DNA of 64,000 bases from Bdellovibrionales bacterium (GTDB lineage Bacteria; Bdellovibrionota; Bdellovibrionia; Bdellovibrionales; UBA1609), in NCBI GenBank assembly GCA_027317865.1, contig DAHVQG010000003.1:148207-212206 (forward strand), read 5' to 3'. Position numbers and translations under genes: made by a program. Positions 35,173 through 44,092 of the stretch are shown piece after piece. The notes under the pieces were generated by a model, which saw only the letters and a program-made list of their open reading frames with translations, did no database searches and was not told the DNA's origin. The first letter of the stretch is position 1. Every line of letters begins with the position of its first letter.

Positions 35173-35523
35173 TTATTCGCACTTAAATCCGGCTTTAGTC
35201 AAATTCTTGCGGATTTCGTTTTGAACATCGGCGCAATGGTGGGATTTCGGTCCGCCACTGGCGATTTCTTTTGTTTTGCCCCATTTGGTATATTCGACAA
35301 TGCAACGGTCTTTGCTTAGCGCGACCGTGGCCACGCGTTTGTCTTTACCTTTTGAACAAGTGAGAGTCATGGTCGAAGTTCCGCTTTTGGTCATTGAGTG
35401 TTTAGCTGTTTTAGCAGCTTTCATTGTCGCGACCGGCTTCGCGCCCATCGTTTTTTTTGTTTTCATCGAAGAACAACCAGCTAACAGCGCAGCGGCTGCA
35501 AGCGATGCCAAGATGATTTTCAT
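35173..35523 (-). CDS. Small Lys-rich lipoprotein, unknown function
   Basis: The 116-aa ORF has the lipobox LLAGCSS and an AAGGAG SD. It is located 27 nt downstream of rpmG on the same strand. Confidence 0.6.
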   Translation of the reverse strand: MKIILASLAAAALLAGCSSMKTKKTMGAKPVATMKAAKTAKHSMTKSGTSTMTLTCSKGKDKRVATVALSKDRCIVEYTKWGKTKEIASGGPKSHHCADVQNEIRKNLTKAGFKCE

Positions 35524-35550
35524 GTTGAATATCTCCTTGCTAAATTTGTT

Positions 35551-35730
35551 TTATTTGATTTCGCGATGAAGAGTGTGTTTGCGCATATGCGGATTGTATT
35601 TCTTTTTCTCTAAGCGCTCAGGATGATTTTGAAAGTTTTTACGAGTTGTGTAACGAGACGGCGGTACACCCGCGGCGCGAGCCTCAGTACATTCAAGCGT
35701 AATAATTCGCACTTTACCTTTTTTAGCCAT
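35551..35730 (-). CDS. rpmG: 50S ribosomal protein L33 (Cys-poor, zinc-independent form)
   Basis: Hand translation gives [59 protein letters not shown], 59 aa, from ATG 35730 to the TAA stop at 35551-35553. At 59 aa it is below the ORF-track cutoff. Confidence 0.85.
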   Translation of the reverse strand: MAKKGKVRIITLECTEARAAGVPPSRYTTRKNFQNHPERLEKKKYNPHMRKHTLHREIK

Positions 35731-35768
35731 AAATTCACCTGCTGATGGGGCATAACGTACCCGAACGG

Positions 35769-36560
35769 TTATTCAACGACAAGAGAAATTTCGCGCTTGT
35801 ATTTCTGAATAGTGCTTCGAAACCCATAGTATAGGGATTCGGCAATGAACGCGTGACCGATCGAAACTTCGATTATCTGCGGGACTGAATCCAGGAGTGC
35901 CCCAAGATTTATCGAGTTGAGGTCATGACCGGCGTTTACGGTGACCCCAATGGTCTCCGCCTTTACCGCTGCTTGTTGGTACACCCGAATAGTTGAACTA
36001 TGGGAGCGGCTTTTAAAATCATGCGCATAGCGCTCGGTATAAAGCTCGATGCGATCCGGTTTTAACCGCGCCAAGGCGGACATTTCACGCTGAGAAAACG
36101 TAAACGGGTCGACAAAAAGTGAAGAGCGAACATGAAACTTGCGTAATGTTTCTAGTATCTTATGTAAAAATCGCTCGTTTTGGTTTAGTCGCCAACCGGC
36201 ATTCGACGTAAGCGCTTGTGGCGGGTCGGGCACCAAAGTTGCCTGGTCGGGCTTCACGCGTTTGATAAGATCCAAGTAGTGTGAGCTGGGGTAGCCCTCA
36301 ATATTGAACTCAATTTTCTTTTTAGACGAACGCCGCAGATTGATTTTTTTTAACAGTGCCGCCAAGGCGTAAACATCGCTTATACGGATATGGCGCTCAT
36401 CCGGTCGCGGATGAACCGTAATACCTTCGGCGCCGAATTTGATGAGGTCTTTGGCACACGCAACCACATCGGGGACGTTACCGCCGCGTGAATTGCGAAG
36501 GGTCGCAATTTTATTGACGTTAATGCTTAATTTGCAGTTCGGTCGCTGGTCGGGCTTCAT
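35769..36560 (-). CDS. pdxJ: Pyridoxine 5'-phosphate synthase
   Basis: The 263-aa ORF has the PdxJ signatures [34 protein letters not shown] and NAGHDLN. Confidence 0.93.
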   Translation of the reverse strand: MKPDQRPNCKLSINVNKIATLRNSRGGNVPDVVACAKDLIKFGAEGITVHPRPDERHIRISDVYALAALLKKINLRRSSKKKIEFNIEGYPSSHYLDLIKRVKPDQATLVPDPPQALTSNAGWRLNQNERFLHKILETLRKFHVRSSLFVDPFTFSQREMSALARLKPDRIELYTERYAHDFKSRSHSSTIRVYQQAAVKAETIGVTVNAGHDLNSINLGALLDSVPQIIEVSIGHAFIAESLYYGFRSTIQKYKREISLVVE

Positions 36561-36661
36561 AAGACGGTGCAGGTTTACCTAACATCTCACACAACAGCAA
36601 GTTCTCACGACAAAAGGCGGTGGGGAATGCCCATGAAAAGGGTTCATGATAGTATTTTTAA

Positions 36662-37108
36662 ATGGCCAATAAATTACTTCGATCCAGCGTGGGTTGGGCC
36701 GGCCGCGAAGAAGCGACCCTTACAGTTGAACTAACTGTCGATGAAAACATCGTGAAAGCTCAACTTCACGGAATCGGTGGCCCCGAATTTTTACAGGCCC
36801 TTTGTGCGTTGCGCTCCCAACTCGTCGGTGACTGGAACAAAGTGAAACTGCCATTAGGGGCGACGTTTAGTGCAATCCTTTTGCGCGAACTTTTATTGAA
36901 AGCGCGTGGCGAATGGAACTTTCCGTACACGGAAGATGAAACGTGCCACTGCCGGGTTGTTCCCACTGAAATTGTCGATCAGGCGATATGCCTTGGGGCC
37001 CATACGCCAGCGAAAGTGAGCGCAATGACATCGGCGAGCACGGCCTGCGGCAGTTGCCGTCCCGATGTTGAAGCGATGATTCGCTACCGTCTGGGGCGCG
37101 CGGGTTGA
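36662..37108 (+). CDS. BFD-like [2Fe-2S]-binding domain protein with a Cys-less IscU/NifU-N-like N-terminal part
   Basis: The C-terminal half of the 148-aa ORF is ETCHCRVVPTEIVDQAI...ASTACGSCRPDVEAMI, a CxC...CxxC BFD pattern. The N-terminal half resembles the scaffold fold but lacks its Cys ligands. Confidence 0.6.
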   Translation: MANKLLRSSVGWAGREEATLTVELTVDENIVKAQLHGIGGPEFLQALCALRSQLVGDWNKVKLPLGATFSAILLRELLLKARGEWNFPYTEDETCHCRVVPTEIVDQAICLGAHTPAKVSAMTSASTACGSCRPDVEAMIRYRLGRAG

Positions 37109-37130
37109 AATGTTCGCACAGTTAACTTAT

Positions 37131-38159
37131 TTACCCGAATCGTCTTTGAGGTGAATCGAGACGCGAAAGTATTTGCGCCACGACGCGGTCACGAATTTCG
37201 CGGTAAGAACCGCGAATTTCAGCTCCTGCGGCGTACATGTGGCCTCCGCCACCGAAATTTTCGGCTATCCCGAGAACCTCGACGGGGCCTTTAGAGCGCA
37301 AACTCATTTTATATAGGTTGGGGCCATCTTCGCGAAAAATCGCCGCTGCGAGTACGCTTTTAATGCTCATAACCATATCGATGACGTCGCGGGAGTCGTC
37401 CATATCAAGATCGTGATCGGCCAGGTCTTTAAGAGATAAGTTTAATATGGCGATGCGGTCATCCGCCAGGTATTCCACTTCGCTTAAAACTTTACCTAGA
37501 TAGGTCACTTTCTTTTTTGTGTAATTGGCAAAGAGCGCGCGATGAATTTTTTCCGCTTGTCGTTCGAACTCCAATAGTTCGGCGCAGATCAGATGGGTGT
37601 TCCCCGAGTTTTTCACAAATTTGAAAATCTGGGTGTCAAATGCGAGTGACGTATAGAGGGCGCGCGCAATTTTTTCGTCCAAACGGATGCCCAGTTGTTT
37701 GATTAAAAAGAACGCAATTTCACCCGTGCTGGCTGCTGAAGTATCAATGAATGATCCCGGTGTGGGTTCTGGCCCTTGGTTTAAAATGGGATGGTGATCA
37801 ATAAAAATAATTTCATGACATTTCTTTTCAAGTTCTGAATATAACGGTTCAACTAGTCTTCGGTCGTTGGTGTCGAAGATCATAGCTAGGTCCGTCTGTG
37901 CGATCGTATTTTTGAGTTGATCGTAGCGTTCGAGGTGAACTTCGGGCTCTAAAAACGAATATTTTCTAGGAATTTCGTCGACGGCGACAACCCGCACGAT
38001 CTTATTGTACTTCTTTAAAGCGTGAAAAAGACCCAACATTGCGCCAAGACCGTCCCCGTCGCACTGTTTGTGAGTCGTTAAAACGATAGTTTTCGCCTGT
38101 TGGATTTTTTTCGAAATGCTTGTGACGTTAAGATTATTGAATCGCGCCAGTGAGTCCAT
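37131..38159 (-). CDS. DHH/DHHA1 phosphoesterase (NrnA-like oligoribonuclease/pAp phosphatase)
   Basis: The 342-aa ORF has the motifs HKQCDGDGLGA, FDTND, FIDHHP and GGGGHMYAAGA. Confidence 0.85.
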   Translation of the reverse strand: MDSLARFNNLNVTSISKKIQQAKTIVLTTHKQCDGDGLGAMLGLFHALKKYNKIVRVVAVDEIPRKYSFLEPEVHLERYDQLKNTIAQTDLAMIFDTNDRRLVEPLYSELEKKCHEIIFIDHHPILNQGPEPTPGSFIDTSAASTGEIAFFLIKQLGIRLDEKIARALYTSLAFDTQIFKFVKNSGNTHLICAELLEFERQAEKIHRALFANYTKKKVTYLGKVLSEVEYLADDRIAILNLSLKDLADHDLDMDDSRDVIDMVMSIKSVLAAAIFREDGPNLYKMSLRSKGPVEVLGIAENFGGGGHMYAAGAEIRGSYREIRDRVVAQILSRLDSPQRRFG

Positions 38160-38255
38160 TTTCCTGCTTATCGGTAAAATCGAGCGTTTAATTTAAAATG
38201 GCCGATACTTGCGCCACGGGCAAGTTACAATGTGTGACGGTCTTTTACTTTGGCC

Positions 38256-38283
38256 TTGTCACGGTTGAACTTTTCACTATAAT
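38256..38283 (+). promoter_or_regulatory. Sigma-70-type promoter candidate for greA
   Basis: TTGTCA (38256-38261) and TATAAT (38278-38283) are separated by a 16-nt spacer. The element lies about 58 nt upstream of the greA ATG. Confidence 0.35.
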
Positions 38284-38340
38284 ACTCGCTTCATATTTCG
38301 TATCTTGACGCTATACAATATACAAGGAGACATCCAAATA

Positions 38341-38820
38341 ATGAGCGCTGAACGTCAACCAATGACCCAAGAAGGAAAAACGAAGCTTGAAAAAGAGCTT
38401 TATCAATTAATTCACGTCGAACGTCCAAGCATAATCAAGGCTATTGAAGAGGCACGGTCAAACGGCGACCTATCTGAAAATGCGGATTATGATGCAGCCA
38501 AAGAGCGGCAAGCCTTTTGTGAAGCACGGATCAGCGATTTACAGTCGAAAATCGCCAACGCTGAAGTCGTTGACACGGCTCGCCTTCGGTCTGACAAAAT
38601 CATTTTCGGAGCTCATGTGAAACTCCTAGATGTCGAAGCCGACGACGAAAAAACATTTCAAATCGTTGGTGAAGAAGAATCAGACGTGAATCTCGGCCGG
38701 ATTTCGGTTTTTTCGCCGCTCGCAAGGGCCATCATCGGCAAGAAAAAAGGCGATGTTATTGAATTTAAAAGTCCAAAGGGCGAAAAAGAATATGAGGTCC
38801 TGGATTTTTTCTTTAAATAA
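38341..38820 (+). CDS. greA: Transcription elongation factor GreA
   Basis: ATG 38341 is preceded by AAGGAG. The sequence MSAERQPMTQEGKTKLEKEL...ARSNGDLSENADYDAAKERQAF is canonical GreA. Confidence 0.93.
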   Translation: MSAERQPMTQEGKTKLEKELYQLIHVERPSIIKAIEEARSNGDLSENADYDAAKERQAFCEARISDLQSKIANAEVVDTARLRSDKIIFGAHVKLLDVEADDEKTFQIVGEEESDVNLGRISVFSPLARAIIGKKKGDVIEFKSPKGEKEYEVLDFFFK

Positions 38821-38860
38821 TAGGGGCAAGGGCTTTTTGGGTGAGCTCTAAGGAGCGTGC

Positions 38861-40735
38861 GTGTCGCCGAATCGCGGCTGGGTATTGATACTAATTGGAT
38901 TACTCATCAGTTCGTTTATCGGCGGTGCGATCCACGTCCTATTGTCGCCTGAACGAATCACCGAATTTGTCCACGATCTTGTCGATCAATACGAACCTAA
39001 ATTTACGATTCAATTTCAAAATGCCCGTTTGCGGTTGGCGGAGGGGTGGGAGCCTATCGTTGCCATTGAACTCGATAACGTCGACTTTAAAGCCAAAGAT
39101 CCGTGTATTACGGGGTCAGAAATTTACGCCGATCACGTGATCGTACCTCTCCAAGTTATTCCGCTCATCGATAAGAAAGTTCGATTTGGCGATATTTACG
39201 CCCACAATCTTAAGTTTCAGTGGCGGCCGCCGGAGTGCCGCAAACAAACCTTATCACAAAGCGTATCTGGACCGCATTCCGCGGATAAAAATGAGGATAA
39301 AATAGGTTTACTCGAGCGCTTCTTTCACGATCGTTGGAATTATGAAGTCGCCAATACCGAAGAATTACTTCACGGGTTTGACGTGGCCAAGTTTGAATTT
39401 TTGGTGGGCGGCAAAATTTCATATTTTAGCGCGAACGATTTCCGAGCCCATTTCGACACAGGTCGGCGTCAGGCAATCGTCCATGCAAACATTCGTCTCG
39501 GCCAACCGTGGGTGGGGGATGCTGGTTTCGGTGAATTTCGCATGACAGCTAAAATCAACGCGTCGAAAATTCGAGTCAGCGGAAATGGCAATCTTAAAGA
39601 AGGCCAAATCGCGGTAGATTCACAGTGGAATATCAGCACGGGCAATTTGAAACTACGAGGGAATTTTACCGATCTGCCGATTCAGCGGGTTCTCGTATTG
39701 GCGAATCACTGGGGAGTGTTGTCGGCGTTTCATCCCGAATTACACGATGAATGGCTGTCTTGCGATTTGTCGTATGACGGTGACATTCGTGCCTTGCCGA
39801 AGGGTAAATTACAAGATTCTCAATGCCGAATGTATGGTGATTTGGGCGATTGGTTTTTAAAAACTCCTACGGTACAAATACAAAAACCTTTTCCGGTGAA
39901 GTGGCATCTTGTCCATGTCGATGTGAAAAAATGGCTAGATGGGTTCGGTGTCGGTTCGACGTGGGGAGTTGTTGGGCGCTTCGGCGATTTCACCGGAAAT
40001 TTGGGTTTAGCTGGGGCTGAAAAACTGCAAATTGACGGAAGTCTTACCGGCTTCTCGGCCTATGTCGTAAGTAAACGGAACCGTGCTAAATTGAAGGTCA
40101 AAAATGTAAATTTGAATACGAGGATTCAGCCAAATCAAATTTCAGGCGAGCTCGCCCACATGCAAATCGAAAACGGCGTAATAGGCGGTTTGTTGAATTT
40201 TACCTTTAATAGGGCCGGAACGGGGCAGATCAATTTTAACTTGAAGAATGTCCGTTTGCCGTTGACGGTTCAACAAGTACTTTGGAGCGGGCACGCGGGT
40301 GCCACAGCTTTGGCGGGTACTTTGAAATTCAAAGGATTTCAAATGAATCAATTTGACGGCAACCTTGCCATTCAACAACTGTCGTTAAATCCAGCCGGAA
40401 AATGGGCGGCGCTTGCAACAAAACTTATTTCATTTGTTTCGCCGCTGAATAGTTTAACTAAAAATCTACCAGCCGGAATTGAGTGGAAGCACTTGCGGGC
40501 CCACATTTTATATCGTAACTCAATTGGCCACTGGCAACGATTTGAAGCCCACGCGGCGATACCAAACCGCTTTAATATTTTCACCGATTCAACGGGGGGC
40601 TGGTCAAATGCGGGCCAATTGACGGGCCGGATATTCATCAAGAGTTTCAATGACCGTTTTCGCGCAATAAGGTCGCGTGTTGTTTTGCTTAGCGGGAGTT
40701 GGCAAAATCCGCAGTTAATATTGCCGGCTCGGTAA
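38861..40735 (+). CDS. Large envelope protein with an N-terminal TM anchor, possibly AsmA-like
   Basis: The 624-aa ORF starts at GTG and has the anchor WVLILIGLLISSFIGGAIHVLL. A long beta-rich region follows (FQNARLRLAEGWEPIVAIELDNVDFKA...), similar in style to AsmA-family N-termini. The family assignment is tentative. Confidence 0.5.
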   Translation: MSPNRGWVLILIGLLISSFIGGAIHVLLSPERITEFVHDLVDQYEPKFTIQFQNARLRLAEGWEPIVAIELDNVDFKAKDPCITGSEIYADHVIVPLQVIPLIDKKVRFGDIYAHNLKFQWRPPECRKQTLSQSVSGPHSADKNEDKIGLLERFFHDRWNYEVANTEELLHGFDVAKFEFLVGGKISYFSANDFRAHFDTGRRQAIVHANIRLGQPWVGDAGFGEFRMTAKINASKIRVSGNGNLKEGQIAVDSQWNISTGNLKLRGNFTDLPIQRVLVLANHWGVLSAFHPELHDEWLSCDLSYDGDIRALPKGKLQDSQCRMYGDLGDWFLKTPTVQIQKPFPVKWHLVHVDVKKWLDGFGVGSTWGVVGRFGDFTGNLGLAGAEKLQIDGSLTGFSAYVVSKRNRAKLKVKNVNLNTRIQPNQISGELAHMQIENGVIGGLLNFTFNRAGTGQINFNLKNVRLPLTVQQVLWSGHAGATALAGTLKFKGFQMNQFDGNLAIQQLSLNPAGKWAALATKLISFVSPLNSLTKNLPAGIEWKHLRAHILYRNSIGHWQRFEAHAAIPNRFNIFTDSTGGWSNAGQLTGRIFIKSFNDRFRAIRSRVVLLSGSWQNPQLILPAR

Positions 40736-41713
40736 TATTCGGTCGAGCGCTTGGGTGGTCACTTTACCCAAAATATCTTGCAGCTTTTCGCCCAATTTTT
40801 TCTTGGGCAGAATTTTGATCCCAAATATGCGGGCATTGTGACGCTGCTCAAAGAGATATTCATCGCTAGTTGCAATTTGATCAACCAGTTTCAATTCGAG
40901 GGCTCGAATTCCAGGCCAAAATTCTCCGGTTGCGACTTTAGCTATGTCGACCTGCGGCCGGTGAGAAGTAACAAAATTTTTGAACAGGGTATGGGCGTCT
41001 TCAATTTGCTCGCGAAATTTTGCCCGGCCCTTGTCGGTAATTTCACCTAGCATGCTGACAGTGCGTTTGTATTCCCCTGAGGTGATTTCTTCATAGTCGA
41101 CGTCGTATTTTTTCAACAATCGGTGAACGTTTGGAACGGGCGCGACCACGCCGATTGAACCCATAATCGCGAAAGGTGCGGCCACAATTTTATCCGCCGT
41201 ACACGCCATCATGTAGCCGCCGCTGGCCGCGATTTTATCAACGCAAACGGTGACCTTTAAGCCGGCATTTTTCAAACGCAAAATTTCAGCGGCGCCAAGT
41301 CCATATCCGTGAACGGTCCCGCCGGGACTTTCAACGCGTACAACAGCTTCATCGCCGGGTTTGGCGACAGTCAAAACAGCCGTGATTTCATCCCGAAGCT
41401 CTTTAACTTGAGACGCTTCCATATCCCCTTCGAAATCCAATACATAAATCTTTCGAAGTGGTTCATCGGCAGTTGCTTTTTTGCGTTCTTTTGCCGCTTT
41501 AACAAGTTTCTTAAGATCTTTTTTGTTCAGAACGACCGAACCCAGGTTCTGTTCGTAATCGTTGAGCTTTTCATTTACGTCTTCGATTTGAAAATCAGGT
41601 TTCATTTTGGACCGCAATGCGAGTCCAAAGATGAGCATGATCAGACCCGCAATCGCGAGAAAAATAATGACGACTTTGCCAAAAAATAGTCCGAACTCGA
41701 TTAGATGGGCCAT
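40715..41713 (-). CDS. sohB: S49-family serine peptidase SohB (SppA-like)
   Basis: The start is taken at ATG 41713 (MAHLIEFGLFFGKVVIIFLAIAGLIMLIFGL). The S49 core is AASGGYMMACTADKIVAAPFAIMGSIGVV. Confidence 0.85.
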   Translation of the reverse strand: MAHLIEFGLFFGKVVIIFLAIAGLIMLIFGLALRSKMKPDFQIEDVNEKLNDYEQNLGSVVLNKKDLKKLVKAAKERKKATADEPLRKIYVLDFEGDMEASQVKELRDEITAVLTVAKPGDEAVVRVESPGGTVHGYGLGAAEILRLKNAGLKVTVCVDKIAASGGYMMACTADKIVAAPFAIMGSIGVVAPVPNVHRLLKKYDVDYEEITSGEYKRTVSMLGEITDKGRAKFREQIEDAHTLFKNFVTSHRPQVDIAKVATGEFWPGIRALELKLVDQIATSDEYLFEQRHNARIFGIKILPKKKLGEKLQDILGKVTTQALDRILPSRQY

Positions 41714-41860
41714 GTGAGGTTTACGCTCCTTAAAAACGTGAGCCTTTAAAACTAGACTTTGCCGGCCCAATTGTAAAGGGCTCGCCTTTGATAGAGTATG
41801 AGCGGCATGGAATTGTCGGAGGGGCCTAATTTCAGCGATAATAAGTCGAGGCGTTTGAAG

Positions 41861-42364
41861 ATGCGTATTACGCTCAACTTAATTAATCGACGGTTTGCTG
41901 TTCGGGCGATGCTTTTGTCATGGGTTGTCGTGTTGATCGCGACCGGTGGCCTTTCGCGTGCGGCGGTTCTCCACCCAACCGAATTGCCGGGCCCGATACA
42001 AGAACAATTGCACGTGCGGCTGAAGAGGTTAAAAGCGCGCATTCGTGATTTTTATCACCGTATGGCGCAAGAAAAGATCGCAAGGCGGCAGGAAGAAAAA
42101 GCCGCGCAACAAATGCGAATCGAGCGTAAGAAGATGCGGGTGCAATTTGTAAAAGCCCGCGAAGAATTCGTTGCTCAGCGAAAGCCCGAAATTAATATTG
42201 GCCACGCCCAATGGTTAAGGATGCAAAAAAAGCAAAAATTGATTTACGACGAGCAACGCGAACAATATGTCGAAAGCCGCGAATTGTATCGCCGGTACGG
42301 CCGGCGAATGGGTCACATACCCGCCGACATCGAGTACGGAATTAATCCGAACGCCGAAAACTGA
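41861..42364 (+). CDS. Exported/anchored highly charged coiled-coil protein, unknown function
   Basis: ATG 41861 (MRITLNLINRRFAVRAMLLSWVVVLIATGG) is preferred over 41798. The rest of the protein is Arg/Lys/Glu/Gln-rich. Confidence 0.45.
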   Translation: MRITLNLINRRFAVRAMLLSWVVVLIATGGLSRAAVLHPTELPGPIQEQLHVRLKRLKARIRDFYHRMAQEKIARRQEEKAAQQMRIERKKMRVQFVKAREEFVAQRKPEINIGHAQWLRMQKKQKLIYDEQREQYVESRELYRRYGRRMGHIPADIEYGINPNAEN

Positions 42365-42370
42365 TTTCAG

Positions 42371-43144
42371 CTACCGAACTTCGGCACGAAGAATTTCGTG
42401 CAGTTCAAGCCCGGTAATTCGGCGAAGGCTTCGAATCAAGTACCAAAGAACGCCGCCTGTGAAAAACATCATGGGGAATGCAATGATCAAATATCCCTCC
42501 CACGTCATGCGCGCAATCTGAGCGTTGAGGATTGCATCTTGTTGCGACGTTGAAAGCAAAGGATTAATCGGCAGAAATACGTGCATTGCCAGAAAAAAAT
42601 TGGCGGTGGCGCTGATAAAAAACGACAATGAAAAAAGATCGGTGGCGCGGATAAACAGCTTTTTTAATTCTAAATTGCCGGGTTGATTTGGCGAGGTTTG
42701 CCCGGCAATTGCCGCTTCAATTTTGCCTGTTTGAAAAACCTGGGCGTTCCAAAAGAGGCTGTAAAGAAAGGGCCGGCCGAGTCGATTGCCGAAAAAAATA
42801 GCAACCCCAATAATAGTCGGGAAAAAGGCTTCTTTAATCCAGAACCAGTGGCCGTGAAGTTTTAATAGCGCAAAACTGCCGGTGACCGAGATATTTAAAA
42901 GTCCAATCAGCGAGATCCAATTCACTTTCTTTTGTTTGATAAAATCAAACAAACCGTAAAAAAACGGCAGCGAAATGGCGACTAAAAGAGCCAGCGTGGG
43001 GCCCCATTCGCCAAGGCGGGAGGGGACAATTTTGCGTCCCTGATTGAGGATGATAACCGGCAGTACGATGTTGAACAAAAGCATCCAAATCGGATTTTGT
43101 GGTTTGCTCGCTGGGCTCGATTTATGTTGGATTTCGTCTGTCAA
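42371..43144 (-). CDS. Multi-pass inner-membrane protein (VC0807-like / septation-protein-A-like); function unknown
   Basis: The 257-aa ORF has about 6 hydrophobic helices. The N-terminal pattern NIVLPVIILNQG...ALLVAISLPFFYGLFDFIKQKKVNWISLIGLLNI resembles the VC0807-type family as I recall it. Confidence 0.6.
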   Translation of the reverse strand: MTDEIQHKSSPASKPQNPIWMLLFNIVLPVIILNQGRKIVPSRLGEWGPTLALLVAISLPFFYGLFDFIKQKKVNWISLIGLLNISVTGSFALLKLHGHWFWIKEAFFPTIIGVAIFFGNRLGRPFLYSLFWNAQVFQTGKIEAAIAGQTSPNQPGNLELKKLFIRATDLFSLSFFISATANFFLAMHVFLPINPLLSTSQQDAILNAQIARMTWEGYLIIAFPMMFFTGGVLWYLIRSLRRITGLELHEILRAEVR

Positions 43145-43246
43145 AGTCTTCTCCGTGACCTACTTTTTCATTGTTTAGCTGTAGATTCAACATTCGTCTT
43201 GATAAACTCTGCGGCATCGGGCAGTTTCACGCCGAAGGGGCCTTAA

Positions 43247-44092
43247 ATGCCTGAACTTCCAGAAGTTGAAACCATTCGAACCGGACTCGCCGCAAGTTTA
43301 TCGCGCGAATCACGGATTTGCTCGGTTCAAATACGCCGATCGAGTTTGCGTGTGCCGATTCCGCGTGAATTGGGCAGGTTGATTACGGGTAGCGAAGTGT
43401 ACGCGGTTCGACGCCGGGCGAAGTTCTTACTTTTTGACATCGGTGATTACACGCTCATTTCACATCTCGGTATGAGCGGCTCGTGGCGGTTTATTCAGGC
43501 CTCTAAAAATTCAGGTGACGAAAATCACGGTCGTTATTTGAAACATGATCATTTCAGTCTGCATTTTGCTGATGGGCGCGAGTTGGTATTGAACGATCCG
43601 CGACGTTTCGGATTGCTTGATGTTGCCCCTCGAGGTCTAGAAACCCAAAACCGCTGGTTGAAAAATCTTGGACTGGAGCCTTTAGGCCGCGATTTCACCG
43701 CTCAACAATTACGATCTCGCGCCAGTCACCGCCAGGTCATGGTAAAAAATTTTTTAATGGATCAAAAAGTTGTTGTTGGAATCGGCAATATTTACGCTTC
43801 TGAGATCTTGCATCGCGCGGGGATACGGCCGAGCCGACGAGTGGACCGTTTGTCGATTCGCCAGTGCAATGACGTCGTCGTGGCCACGCGTGAAGTTTTA
43901 GAGTCGGCCATTCGCGAAGGGGGCACGACGTTGCGAGATTATCGCGCACCGGATGGATCGAACGGGAGATTCAAACGTGCTTTGCGTGTGTATGATCGCG
44001 CGGGGTTACCGTGTTTCAATTGTTCGGCGCCGATACAGTCGCGGGTAATGGCGGGGCGAGCGACGTATTGGTGTAGGGTTTGCCAAAAATGA
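43247..44092 (+). CDS. mutM: Formamidopyrimidine-DNA glycosylase
   Basis: It starts MPELPEVE and has the H2TH region. The C-terminal zinc finger is CFNCSAPI...YWCRVCQ. Confidence 0.93.
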   Translation: MPELPEVETIRTGLAASLSRESRICSVQIRRSSLRVPIPRELGRLITGSEVYAVRRRAKFLLFDIGDYTLISHLGMSGSWRFIQASKNSGDENHGRYLKHDHFSLHFADGRELVLNDPRRFGLLDVAPRGLETQNRWLKNLGLEPLGRDFTAQQLRSRASHRQVMVKNFLMDQKVVVGIGNIYASEILHRAGIRPSRRVDRLSIRQCNDVVVATREVLESAIREGGTTLRDYRAPDGSNGRFKRALRVYDRAGLPCFNCSAPIQSRVMAGRATYWCRVCQK

